Shown here in pieces: positions 16,032-25,147 of a stretch of 32,000 bases of DNA (positions are counted from its first letter, which is position 1; every line of letters starts with the position of its first letter). The notes beneath the pieces were generated by a model. It did not search any database. It saw only the letters and a program-made list of their open reading frames with translations, and was not told the DNA's origin. The DNA lies in NCBI RefSeq assembly GCF_001545095.1, contig NZ_CP013213.1, forward strand, positions 900,001 to 932,000. The letters run 5' to 3'. The DNA comes from Erysipelothrix larvae. Its GTDB lineage: Bacteria > Bacillota_I > Bacilli_A > Erysipelotrichales > Erysipelotrichaceae. Position numbers and translations under genes: made by a program.

Positions 16032-16919
16032 ATGGCTGTAACTGCAAGCTTAGTAAAAGAACTACGTGAACTTACTGGAGCTGGAATGCTTGATTGCAAG
16101 AAAGCTTTAGAAGCAACAGATGGCGATGTAAAAGCTGCTCAAGATTGGTTACGTGAAAAAGGAATCGCTTCTGCACAAAAGAAACAAGGTCGTATTGCTG
16201 CTGAAGGTTTATCAAGTGTTGTTGTTGATGGAAACCGTGCAGTTGTTGTTGAATTGAATTCAGAAACAGACTTCGTTGCAAAAAACGAAATGTTCCTTGA
16301 ACTCGTTAAAACAGTGGGTAATTCAATCGTTGAACAAAATCCTGCGGACTTAGATGCTGCTTTAGCACTTGAAGTTAATGGAAAAACATTGGGTGACTCA
16401 GTTGTTGATGCTACTGCAACAATCGGTGAAAAGATTACATTACGTCGTTTCACAGTAGTTGAAAAACAAGACGATGAACAATTTGGTTCATACGTTCACA
16501 TGGGTGGTAAGATTTCTGCATTAGTTGTTGTTAAAGGCGGCGATGCTGAATTAGCGAAGGATATGGCAATGCAAGTTGCTTCAATGAATCCTCAATATAC
16601 ATCTCGTGAAGATGTTCCTCAAGATGTAATTGACCATGAACGTGGAATTCAAATCGAAATCGTAAATAATGATCCTTCATTGGCTTCAAAACCTGAAAAG
16701 GTTATTGCAGGAATCATCGAAGGACGTATTAGTAAATCACTTCAAGATATATCACTTCTTGATCAAATCTTCTTTAAGGATGGAAGCTCAAAAGTGTCAC
16801 AAATCCTTAAGGCTGCAAATGCTAGTGTCGTAACTTTCGTACGTTTCGCTGTTGGTGAAGGTATTGAAAAACGTGAAGAAAACTTCGCGGAAGAAGTAGC
16901 AAAAGCTGCACAAATCTAA
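16032..16919 (+). CDS. tsf: elongation factor Ts
   Basis: VKELRELTGAGMLDCKKAL UBA-like N-terminus. 295 aa. Immediately follows rpsB. Confidence 0.95.
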   Translation: MAVTASLVKELRELTGAGMLDCKKALEATDGDVKAAQDWLREKGIASAQKKQGRIAAEGLSSVVVDGNRAVVVELNSETDFVAKNEMFLELVKTVGNSIVEQNPADLDAALALEVNGKTLGDSVVDATATIGEKITLRRFTVVEKQDDEQFGSYVHMGGKISALVVVKGGDAELAKDMAMQVASMNPQYTSREDVPQDVIDHERGIQIEIVNNDPSLASKPEKVIAGIIEGRISKSLQDISLLDQIFFKDGSSKVSQILKAANASVVTFVRFAVGEGIEKREENFAEEVAKAAQI

Positions 16920-16928
16920 AACACTTAT

Positions 16929-16954
16929 AGGACACATTTTTGTGTCCTTTTTTT
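16929..16954 (+). terminator. intrinsic terminator after tsf
   Basis: AGGACACA-tttt-TGTGTCCT followed by TTTTTT. Confidence 0.85.
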
Positions 16955-16969
16955 GAAAGGAAGATCGTT

Positions 16970-17680
16970 ATGTATAAACGCGTATTACTAAAACTAAGCG
17001 GGGAAGCCCTAGCAAGCACTGATGGGATCTTTGACCATGAAGTTCTTGATGATTTAGCAAGACAGGTAAAAACGATTGTCGATGACGGCGTCGAGGTAGC
17101 AATTGTTGTCGGTGGAGGCAATTTTATACGTGGGAAAATGGCTGAAGAACTTGGGATTGATCGGATGCAAGTTGATAACATGGGGATGTTAGGAACAGTC
17201 ATCAATTCATTGGCGATTCAAGGAGCACTTGAAAAAGTAGGTGTTGAAACACGAGTTCAAACTGCGATTGACATGGTAAAGGTGGCCGAACCCTATATTC
17301 CACGTCGCGCAATTCGTCATTTAGAAAAAGGTCGTGTTGTTGTATTTGGTGCTGGAATTGGTTCTGCATTCTTCTCAACCGATACTACTGCTGCGCTTCG
17401 TGCATCAGAAATTAAAGCAGATGTTATCTTGATGGCTAAAAATGGGGTTGATGGTGTGTATAACGCTGACCCAAATATAGACTTTTCTGCAGTAAAGTAT
17501 GATAGTTTATCCTATATGCAAGTATTACAAGAACAATTGAAAGTGATGGATTCTACCGCAACATCAATGTGTATGGAGAACGATATTGATTTAATTGTCT
17601 TTAATATGAACGAAAAAGATAATATAATAAAAGTAACACGAGGCGAAACGATTGGAACCATCGTCTCTTTAGGAGGATAA
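16970..17680 (+). CDS. pyrH: UMP kinase
   Basis: [14 protein letters not shown] start, [10 protein letters not shown] motif. I chose the ATG at 16970 (RBS AAGGAAG) rather than the track start at 16940, which lies inside the tsf terminator. Confidence 0.95.
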   Translation: MYKRVLLKLSGEALASTDGIFDHEVLDDLARQVKTIVDDGVEVAIVVGGGNFIRGKMAEELGIDRMQVDNMGMLGTVINSLAIQGALEKVGVETRVQTAIDMVKVAEPYIPRRAIRHLEKGRVVVFGAGIGSAFFSTDTTAALRASEIKADVILMAKNGVDGVYNADPNIDFSAVKYDSLSYMQVLQEQLKVMDSTATSMCMENDIDLIVFNMNEKDNIIKVTRGETIGTIVSLGG

Positions 17681-17684
17681 TAAT

Positions 17685-18233
17685 ATGAGTAATGCACTAT
17701 TAAATGAAGGCCGTAAATCAATGGAAGGTGCCATTGCGAACTTTGAACAACGTTTAGGTACCTTACGTTCAGGACGTGCAAATGCAAGCCTATTGCATGG
17801 TGTAATGGTAAACTACTATGGTAGCCCAACACCACTTGACCAAATCGGGCAAATATCAGTAAGTGAAGGGACACAACTTGTTGTGAAATTATTCGATCCT
17901 TCATCACTTAAGGATGCTGAACGCGCAATCAGTGAAGCACATCCAAATTTACCAGTACAAAATGATGGAACACTCCTTCGTATCAATGTTCCAAAGTTAA
18001 CTGAAGAAACACGTCGTGAAGTAGCAAAAGACGTAAGCAAATTTGCTGAAGAATCAAAAATTGCTGTACGTAATATCCGTCGTGATTTGAACGATCTTGC
18101 AAAAGACGATGATACTTTAACTGAAGATCAAGAAAAGAAAATGCTGGAAGATGTTCAAAAATTAACTGATGAATTCGTAAATAAGATTGAAGAAATCAGT
18201 AAAGCTAAAACCAAGGAAATCATGACGGTTTAA
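17685..18233 (+). CDS. frr: ribosome recycling factor
   Basis: 182 aa. LGTLRSGRANASLL and VRNIRRD motifs. RBS AGGAGG. Confidence 0.95.
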   Translation: MSNALLNEGRKSMEGAIANFEQRLGTLRSGRANASLLHGVMVNYYGSPTPLDQIGQISVSEGTQLVVKLFDPSSLKDAERAISEAHPNLPVQNDGTLLRINVPKLTEETRREVAKDVSKFAEESKIAVRNIRRDLNDLAKDDDTLTEDQEKKMLEDVQKLTDEFVNKIEEISKAKTKEIMTV

Positions 18234-18239
18234 TTGATC

Positions 18240-18923
18240 ATGAATGGTCCTAAGCATGTCGCTATCATCATGGATGGAAATGGACGATGGGCGACAAAGC
18301 AAAATAAAGATCGTACATTTGGACACTATTATGGGAGTGAGAATGTGCGTGAAATTGCATTGGCTGCTTTAAGTGTTGGGGTAGAGGCTCTAACACTTTA
18401 TGCTTTTAGTACAGAGAACTGGAAGCGGCCACAAAAAGAAATTGAATATCTCATGAAATTGCCAGCAATATTCTTCAACAAGTTTTTAGATGAACTGATG
18501 GAAAAGGGCATTTCGATTCACGTAATCGGGGATTTATCAAAAATTCCTGAGAAAACACGAAACGTCATGCTTGACGCAGTAGAAAAAACAAAAAATAACA
18601 ATAAACTTATTCTTAACTTTGCATTGAATTATGGTTCTCGTGATGAGATTGTACGTGCTGTAAACAAGTTAGTGAATAATGATGAACCGGTCACTGAAGA
18701 ATCACTGAATGATGCTTTAGACACATTTGGTTTACCTGAGGTAGACTTGCTCATTCGAACTGGTGGAGACACCCGTTTATCGAACTATTTATTATGGCAA
18801 CTTGCTTATGCAGAATTAATGTTCGTTGACGACGCTTGGCCGCAATTTACGGCAGATCGCTTTTTAGAATGCCTGAGCAATTTTGGAAGTAGAGAAAGGC
18901 GTTTTGGAGGATTGAATCAATGA
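18240..18923 (+). CDS. uppS: undecaprenyl diphosphate synthase
   Basis: HVAIIMDGNGRWA, FSTENWKRP and RTGGDTRLSN motifs. Start taken as the ATG at 18240; an in-frame TTG at 18234 is the alternative. Confidence 0.9.
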   Translation: MNGPKHVAIIMDGNGRWATKQNKDRTFGHYYGSENVREIALAALSVGVEALTLYAFSTENWKRPQKEIEYLMKLPAIFFNKFLDELMEKGISIHVIGDLSKIPEKTRNVMLDAVEKTKNNNKLILNFALNYGSRDEIVRAVNKLVNNDEPVTEESLNDALDTFGLPEVDLLIRTGGDTRLSNYLLWQLAYAELMFVDDAWPQFTADRFLECLSNFGSRERRFGGLNQ

Positions 18924-19693
18924 AAGAAAGAATAATTACATCGATAATTCTAGTGGGAGTTTTAGCACTTGTATTGATATCTGGACAGACCGGATTTATG
19001 GTCTTTGTCGCAATCGTCGGTGTGATTGCCGGATATGAGATCTATAAAATTAAAAAAACAGAATGGAAACCGTCAATCTTACTGATTTTATGGGCGTATA
19101 TACTTTCGGGTGCATTTTTACCAACAGACTATTTCATTGCTGTTTTATCAATTGCTCTTATCCTCTTGCTTGCTATCTCAGTATTTAATGAATGGTTTAG
19201 TGTGCAAGATATGGCATTTGTATTTATGATGGGTACAATATTAGCGTTGACGCTCTCGTCATTAGTACTCGTATTCTCGTATGATTTATTTGTATTGCTT
19301 TATGTTGTACTTGCAACATATTCAACAGATATATTTGCATACTTTGGGGGAACATTCTTTGGTAAAACAAAACTTATTGAAAGGGTATCTCCTAAAAAAA
19401 CTGTTGAAGGTGCAATTATTGGTGTAATTGGTTCAATCACAGTTTCATTACTCTTTGGAATGGTTTATGTTGTAAACCGCGGTATTTTGCCATTTGAAGT
19501 AATTCTAACAATCTCATTACTCGTTCCGTTTGTAGGACAAATCGGTGATTTAGCATTTAGCTTAGTCAAACGTTTCTACAATATTAAAGATTATGGAAAT
19601 ATACTACCAGGTCATGGTGGTATCTTAGATCGTATTGATAGTATTGCATTTAGCTTCATTGTATTTACAGTGGTATTATCAATCATCTTATAG
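18920..19693 (+). CDS. cdsA: phosphatidate cytidylyltransferase
   Basis: Polytopic membrane protein with the CDS signature (SPKKTVEGAIIG ... GDLAFSLVKR ... PGHGGILDRIDS). ATGA overlap with uppS. Confidence 0.9.
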   Translation: MKERIITSIILVGVLALVLISGQTGFMVFVAIVGVIAGYEIYKIKKTEWKPSILLILWAYILSGAFLPTDYFIAVLSIALILLLAISVFNEWFSVQDMAFVFMMGTILALTLSSLVLVFSYDLFVLLYVVLATYSTDIFAYFGGTFFGKTKLIERVSPKKTVEGAIIGVIGSITVSLLFGMVYVVNRGILPFEVILTISLLVPFVGQIGDLAFSLVKRFYNIKDYGNILPGHGGILDRIDSIAFSFIVFTVVLSIIL

Positions 19694-19702
19694 GAGGTTT
19701 TT

Positions 19703-20776
19703 ATGAATGTAATATTTGAAAATTTAATTAACATTCTTGTTTTTGCCGCCGTACTCAGCATTATTGTAACAATCCATGAACTCGGACATTTGATTGCTGC
19801 AAAGAAATTTGGCGTATATTGCCGAGAATTTGCAATCGGTATGGGTCCGCTCATATACTCGAAGCAAAGCAAACGCTCAGAAACAAAGTATAGTATTCGC
19901 GCATTACCTATTGGCGGATATGTTGCAATGGCTGGTGAGCCTGGTGAATCAGGGATGGAAGATGTTCCCTTAGAACGAACAATCAATGGTATTGCCCGTT
20001 GGAAACGTCTTATCGTAATGCTTGCAGGGATCTTTATGAACCTTGTACTTGCATTTGTTGTGTATTTAGGAATCTTCTCAATTTATGGGATCGTAGACAC
20101 ACCCCGTCCAATCATTCAAGAAGTTGTTGCTGAAAGTGCAGCAAGTGAAGCTGGAATGATGGCCAATGATGAAATTATTCGCCTTGAATTCCGTAATGGA
20201 AATGTTGTAAGACCTTCAACTGCAAATGATGTCGTATTAGGAATTACTTCATTCCAAGGTGAAACTGTTAATATAACAGTATTACGTGATGGACAAGAAG
20301 TGCAACTCACAATGACACCACAATTTGATGCAGAATCTGAAACATACAAGATGGGTGTTTATTTTGAATCGGGTCAACTCATTCATGTATCCTTTTTTGA
20401 AACAATCCAATACACTTTTGCATTTATAGGTTCCATGATTGGAACGCTTGTTAAGGTGTTAGGATGGTTAGTTCAAGGAATTGGATTAAACAATGTAGGG
20501 GGTCCAATTGCAATCTACCAGCAAACCGCAAAAGTACAACAATATGGAATGCTGTTCTTCTGGGAATTGATTGCTTCGCTGTCTGTCTCATTAGCAATTA
20601 TGAATTTGATTCCAATACCAGTATTAGATGGTGGACGTGCATTAATTATTACAGTGGAAATGATTGTGCGTAAACCACTCCCTAAAAAGGTTGAAAATGC
20701 AGTGATGATTGCAGGGTTTGCAATTATGCTTGCAATTATGGTGTTTTTTGTCTTCATGGACATCAAGCGCTTGTAA
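19703..20776 (+). CDS. rseP: M50-family site-2 (RIP) zinc metalloprotease
   Basis: HELGHLIAAK HExxH motif in TM1, a central PDZ-like region, and the C-terminal NLIPIPVLDGG motif. RBS AGGAGG. Confidence 0.9.
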   Translation: MNVIFENLINILVFAAVLSIIVTIHELGHLIAAKKFGVYCREFAIGMGPLIYSKQSKRSETKYSIRALPIGGYVAMAGEPGESGMEDVPLERTINGIARWKRLIVMLAGIFMNLVLAFVVYLGIFSIYGIVDTPRPIIQEVVAESAASEAGMMANDEIIRLEFRNGNVVRPSTANDVVLGITSFQGETVNITVLRDGQEVQLTMTPQFDAESETYKMGVYFESGQLIHVSFFETIQYTFAFIGSMIGTLVKVLGWLVQGIGLNNVGGPIAIYQQTAKVQQYGMLFFWELIASLSVSLAIMNLIPIPVLDGGRALIITVEMIVRKPLPKKVENAVMIAGFAIMLAIMVFFVFMDIKRL

Positions 20777-20837
20777 TGGTTGCCTAATTAAACATAAAAC
20801 AAAAAATATGTTATAATTAAGCAAAGGAGTTGAGGAG

Positions 20838-21284
20838 ATGAATTACAAGATTGAAAAACTTGAAATCGATCCCTTAGTCGCGGCGTCGACTAGAGTGTCG
20901 ATTCCGGATTATTCAAAAGACGTAGCGAATCGTGCATTATATGCACTAAAGAAAGAACTAAACCGCAAAGGTATAGATGTTTCAGAAGAAGAATATAGCT
21001 TCTTAGTTCAATACGATTCTGATGAACGACTTGAAGTTGTGGATGTTGAAATATTCACGCGTGTGAAGGATAAAGGTGATGATACCGAATCGGTTAAATT
21101 TATCGAACTTCCAAAACAAGAAGCAATACTTCGCGTCACAACAAACAATTTTGAAGACATTCATATTGCTTTAGCAGAATGGATGCATGACCATGACTAC
21201 GTTGCAGACGGAGGCCTCCGTATGGTAGTTCATGATGGCAGTGAATATATCTGTGACTGCCCAGTAAAACCTGCAGATGACTAA
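20838..21284 (+). CDS. GyrI-like (small-molecule/effector binding) domain protein
   Basis: 148 aa. The pattern of alternating beta segments plus the C-terminal LAEWMHDHDY...GLRMVVHDG resembles standalone GyrI/BmrR-effector domains. This is judged by eye only. Confidence 0.5.
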   Translation: MNYKIEKLEIDPLVAASTRVSIPDYSKDVANRALYALKKELNRKGIDVSEEEYSFLVQYDSDERLEVVDVEIFTRVKDKGDDTESVKFIELPKQEAILRVTTNNFEDIHIALAEWMHDHDYVADGGLRMVVHDGSEYICDCPVKPADD

Positions 21285-21285
21285 C

Positions 21286-21308
21286 AAAGACAGCTTCGGC
21301 TGTCTTTT
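21286..21308 (+). terminator. intrinsic terminator
   Basis: AAAGACAGC-ttcg-GCTGTCTTT followed by T. Confidence 0.8.
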
Positions 21309-21404
21309 ACTTACTCTAAAGTTAGTAAACATATTTAATGATTTATTGATAGGATTGTCATGAGATGGTTCATCACTGGGCTCTCATGGAATATCTAAAT
21401 TTAA

Positions 21405-21441
21405 AAAGTCAGAAGATGAGAGAATCCTTCTGACTTTTCTT
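21405..21441. terminator. bidirectional intrinsic terminator
   Basis: AAAGTCAGAAG (21405-21415) pairs with CTTCTGACTTT (21427-21437). T-rich tracts follow on both strands (TTTTCTTT on plus, TTTTTAAATTT on minus). Confidence 0.6.
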
Positions 21442-21701
21442 TAGGTATCGATCAAAAATGAAATGGCCATTTTCTTAGGAATATTATTGTTTTTATCAAA
21501 ACGACATAAAAGGACAGACTTTCTCGCTTCACTACTTATTCATGTTGAAACGATAAATTTGGTGACTACACTGCGATAAATATACAAAAACACATAATAT
21601 TTCACAGAATGAATCTTATAAAACATAATCATTTTTGATACTAATATTACAAATAACTTTCCCACGAAAGAAAAAATAGAAGTGCTTCTGAACTACAATG
21701 T

Positions 21702-21743
21702 AATACAATTGTATTGAAATGTCATACAAATATGTGATATAGT
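21702..21743 (+). promoter_or_regulatory. toxin-antitoxin promoter with palindromic operator
   Basis: Perfect 14-bp palindrome AATACAATTGTATT (21702-21715) overlaps the -35 TTGAAA (21714-21719). An 18-nt spacer separates this from the -10 TATAGT (21738-21743). Confidence 0.5.
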
Positions 21744-21766
21744 TTGAGTTACATAAGGGGTGAATT

Positions 21767-22003
21767 ATGAAGACAGGAGTATCAGTTTCGCTTAGACTCA
21801 GTAAGAAAGACAGTGAATTGATTCGTAACTTTGCAGATCTTAAGGGAATTAGTGTTTCAGAGTTCTTACGTGATGCAGCGTTGAAACAAGTGTTCAATGA
21901 AATCACTGAGCTAGAATATGCAGAAGCAAAAGAACGCTATCAAACAGAACACAAAAGTTACAACTCAATTGAACTTAGAGAAGCGTTGGGGTTACAAAAA
22001 TGA
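21767..22003 (+). CDS. ribbon-helix-helix antitoxin (RelB/CopG-like, DUF6290-type)
   Basis: VSLRLSKKDSELIRNFADLKGISVSEFLRDAAL is a typical RHH N-terminus. 78 aa. ATGA overlap with the next ORF. Confidence 0.8.
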   Translation: MKTGVSVSLRLSKKDSELIRNFADLKGISVSEFLRDAALKQVFNEITELEYAEAKERYQTEHKSYNSIELREALGLQK

Positions 22004-22221
22004 CATTTGAATATTCAGACGAAGTCCTTGAAGACTTAAAAAATATAGAACCTAACTTAGGACGCATGATGTTAGATTATTTTGAAAAAAACTATCTTAA
22101 AGGACACAAAATAGTGCAGAAAAAAACACACAGTGGATGTGTGTTTTATAGCGGAAAATTTCGCTTTATTTATGATGTATTCACAAATCATACGGTGGTG
22201 TACCGAGTGATTACTGAATAA
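22000..22221 (+). CDS. RelE/ParE-superfamily toxin, short form (73 aa)
   Basis: The layout EVLEDLKNIEPNLGRMMLDYFEKN ... SGKFRFIYDVFTNHTVVYRVI parallels RelE/ParE (xxAxKDLKKL...RIxxKIxxL ... GDYRIIYxIxxxxIxIxxI). It stops right after the last beta strand. Translationally coupled to the antitoxin. Confidence 0.6.
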   Translation: MTFEYSDEVLEDLKNIEPNLGRMMLDYFEKNYLKGHKIVQKKTHSGCVFYSGKFRFIYDVFTNHTVVYRVITE

Positions 22222-22870
22222 AGAATATAATTGCGATGAAATGAGAGATGGCAGCAAGATTAATAAATATATGCCAAATCATATGGAAATAAGGCTTATC
22301 CTTTTGCATATAGAAGTAGGTACCGATGCTATAGAGGATCCCACCTAAGGCAATTAAGGTCATAAATACCCAATTTCCAGTACGGATCATCTGTGGTAGT
22401 AAGACTACAGCGGTCCAACCCATTACTAAGTAAATTGTTACAGAAACTTTAGGAATTGATTTCTGTGCTATTGATTTATATAATATTCCTACAAGGACCA
22501 TGAGCCATTGAAGGAATAGAATCGTATAACCCAAGGTTCCACCTATCGTATAGAGGCACACTGGAGTATACGTACCAGCAATTGCAAGGTAGATTCCAAT
22601 ATGGTCTAAGATCCTAAATACATATTTGTGTTTTGTATCATAAGCCATTGCGTGATACAGCGTTGATGCAAGAAACATTAAGAACAAAGAGATTATAAAG
22701 ACGGAATAACCGATAGATAATATCAGTCCTCCATTCATATATCCTCTCACACTTGCATAAGGAAGAAATAGCAGGAGTAAACCAGACATAACACCATGTG
22801 TGACTGAATTACCAATTTCTTCCCCTAAACTTAACCGAACGTTATTTTTCATTGATACGTCAGATGTCAT
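22211..22870 (-). CDS. hemolysin III / PAQR-family membrane protein
   Basis: 219 aa, 7 TM segments. Family motifs EEIGNSVTHG, STLYH, LDHIGIYLAIAGTYTP and HMIWHIF. RBS AGGAGG. Confidence 0.85.
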   Translation of the reverse strand: MTSDVSMKNNVRLSLGEEIGNSVTHGVMSGLLLLFLPYASVRGYMNGGLILSIGYSVFIISLFLMFLASTLYHAMAYDTKHKYVFRILDHIGIYLAIAGTYTPVCLYTIGGTLGYTILFLQWLMVLVGILYKSIAQKSIPKVSVTIYLVMGWTAVVLLPQMIRTGNWVFMTLIALGGILYSIGTYFYMQKDKPYFHMIWHIFINLAAISHFIAIIFFIQ

Positions 22871-23040
22871 AAAATACCTCCTGATCTATTTAATTATAGA
22901 ATGTACGAGAATATAAAACAAGTCATCTGGTGTGCGATAATCTTTATGCGCTATAAAGAAAGAAAATAACCGAATAATTATTGAAATTATGATATGATAA
23001 ATTAGTTGTTTTATAAATTAACAAATAAGGGAGGAACCTT

Positions 23041-25137
23041 GTGAGAAAAAAACAGAAACTGATAACCGTTCTTTTAGTAGGGATGCTAATATCTAGCGGT
23101 ATAATTACAAATGTGTTATCTGAAGATACCATTTCTGATAGAAGTACGCCTGTTTACACGGTTCACAGAATTGAGCCAGATGGTAGTTTTTCATCTACAG
23201 TAGATAACTTTAGTACTAATAACTTTAACGACGCTCAGAAAAAAATGAATGATTATGCTAATTCACAAGACAACAAAAATATTGTTGTAAGATCGACAAC
23301 AAGCCGGTCTGACACAAAAATTGTTTCTGCTTTTCGTGCTCGAGCTCAAGCGTATCCTTACAGAAAGAGTACAATTTTAGGGACAGATGGTGCAAAAACA
23401 CTTGGTATTTATTATGATAATCAGCTAAAAAGCAGATACACTTATGTTCCAGCACATTACGAATTATTTTATTACCAAACTGTTTTGGTGAATGGTAAAC
23501 TTGTTGCTGAAGTAGAAGTAAATGGTGCTCGTGGATTTGTAGACCTCGATCAAATTGATATTGTTCCATTGTTTTACTATGAAACAAAGAAGGAAATAAT
23601 GTTAGGTGGAAATGAAGACTATTATGCAAAGAATGGATCAGATGCAGAACAACCATATAAGAAGATTGTTAGTCTCACTCATTATAAAGTTGTGTATGAT
23701 GCTTCAGCTAAAACTAACGATCTTTCTGTTGTTGTAACGACCTCACATAAGAGCTCTAGTACAACAGGAGCTTCCACAACTTTTGCAATTGCTCCAAGTT
23801 GGCTTCCTCCTGGAACATATTATTCTGCAAATGGAATTAATTATTATTATGATATTGAACTAAAACAGCCAGTAAATAATGGAGCATCATTTTATGCTTA
23901 TTATGTATGGTTGCCAGTTCGCTCAATGTCAAATATTACTGCAGATGATTTAAATAATTACTTGGTTAATAGATTAGGATATTCTTCCGATAAAAACAAT
24001 GCTAAATATTCTGTAATTGCAGGCAATGAACAGTTGTTTATAGAATATGCAAATAAATATGGGATGAATGCTTTGATGGTTTTTGCTCAAGCTTGTTTAG
24101 AATCTACTTATGGATCTTCTACCTATGCAAGAGAGCGATTAAATCTATTTGGATGGAATGCTGTAGATTCGAACCCTAACTTAGCAACAACCTTTGCGGG
24201 ATTAGATACAGCATTATCCTCATTCATGGGCACTCTATTTAGAGGGTATTTCTCAATCAATGATTGGAGATATTACGGAAATTCCTATGGTAATAAAGGA
24301 TCGGGTGTGACACCGGCATATGCTTCTGACCCATACTACGGATATAAAATCGCTTCAATTGCGTACTTTATCGATTATCGCTCTGGATTTAAAGATTACG
24401 ATGCTTATCAATTAGGTGTAATTACAGATAATAAGCCTGTGGATGTAAAAAAATCCTCTTCTAATTCAGCTGCAAATTGGTATTCTACTAAAACTAATAG
24501 AATTAATCAAACATTTACTATTCTTTCTGAAGAAAATGGATTTATTAAAACTAACCTCTCAATGCCAACAGAAAATGGTTCAGTGGTGGATAAAGATGTT
24601 GAAGTTGATCTTACTTCAGTCTTTGGGTATATTTCTTCAAATAGGATTACCAAGCTTCCAAAAGTGACCAATTATGGTACTTCAGTTCCTCAAACAAGAA
24701 TTACACTCAAGTCAAGCGAAGTTAATTACATGATATCAACTGGTGATGGAACTAGCCTAAATATGAGATCTTCTTGGACAACAAACTCACGAATAATGAC
24801 TACCATTCCTGACAATGCAATTGTTAAAAGTGTTGGAATAGCTTCAAATGGATGGGTTAAGGTTGAGTATAATGGATTAAGAGGCTACGTTTCTCCTGAC
24901 TTTGTAAAACAAACAGAATCTCCTATTGAGGTTCCAACAGGAATGAAAGGTGATTTAAATGGCGATAGTAAGATTGATTCAAGAGATATGATGGCTATTT
25001 ATCGCCATATCATTGGAACTGTCACAATTTCAGCAAATGATTTTTACAAAGCTGACATAAATGGTGATGGGAAGATTGATTCAAGAGATATGATGGCAGT
25101 ATATCGCCATATCATAGGAACAGTAACAATTCAATAA
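23041..25137 (+). CDS. secreted peptidoglycan hydrolase: N-acetylglucosaminidase domain, SH3b domain and C-terminal dockerin-type repeats
   Basis: GTG start with RBS AAGGGAGG. Signal peptide RKKQKLITVLLVGMLISSGII. Glucosaminidase core ALMVFAQACLESTYGSS...LNLFGWNA...DPYYG. SH3b-like SLNMRSSWTTNSRIMTTIPDNAIVKSVGIASNGWVKVEYNGLRGYV. Two DxNGDxKIDSRD calcium-loop repeats at the C-terminus. Confidence 0.85.
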   Translation: MRKKQKLITVLLVGMLISSGIITNVLSEDTISDRSTPVYTVHRIEPDGSFSSTVDNFSTNNFNDAQKKMNDYANSQDNKNIVVRSTTSRSDTKIVSAFRARAQAYPYRKSTILGTDGAKTLGIYYDNQLKSRYTYVPAHYELFYYQTVLVNGKLVAEVEVNGARGFVDLDQIDIVPLFYYETKKEIMLGGNEDYYAKNGSDAEQPYKKIVSLTHYKVVYDASAKTNDLSVVVTTSHKSSSTTGASTTFAIAPSWLPPGTYYSANGINYYYDIELKQPVNNGASFYAYYVWLPVRSMSNITADDLNNYLVNRLGYSSDKNNAKYSVIAGNEQLFIEYANKYGMNALMVFAQACLESTYGSSTYARERLNLFGWNAVDSNPNLATTFAGLDTALSSFMGTLFRGYFSINDWRYYGNSYGNKGSGVTPAYASDPYYGYKIASIAYFIDYRSGFKDYDAYQLGVITDNKPVDVKKSSSNSAANWYSTKTNRINQTFTILSEENGFIKTNLSMPTENGSVVDKDVEVDLTSVFGYISSNRITKLPKVTNYGTSVPQTRITLKSSEVNYMISTGDGTSLNMRSSWTTNSRIMTTIPDNAIVKSVGIASNGWVKVEYNGLRGYVSPDFVKQTESPIEVPTGMKGDLNGDSKIDSRDMMAIYRHIIGTVTISANDFYKADINGDGKIDSRDMMAVYRHIIGTVTIQ
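24952..25131 (+). repeat. tandem dockerin-type repeat pair (102-nt period) within the hydrolase gene
   Basis: DLNGDSKIDSRDMMAIYRHIIGTVTI and DINGDGKIDSRDMMAVYRHIIGTVTI. The DNA is nearly identical between the copies (AAGATTGATTCAAGAGATATGATGGC at 24971 and 25073). Confidence 0.8.
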
Positions 25138-25147
25138 AGGAGATAAC

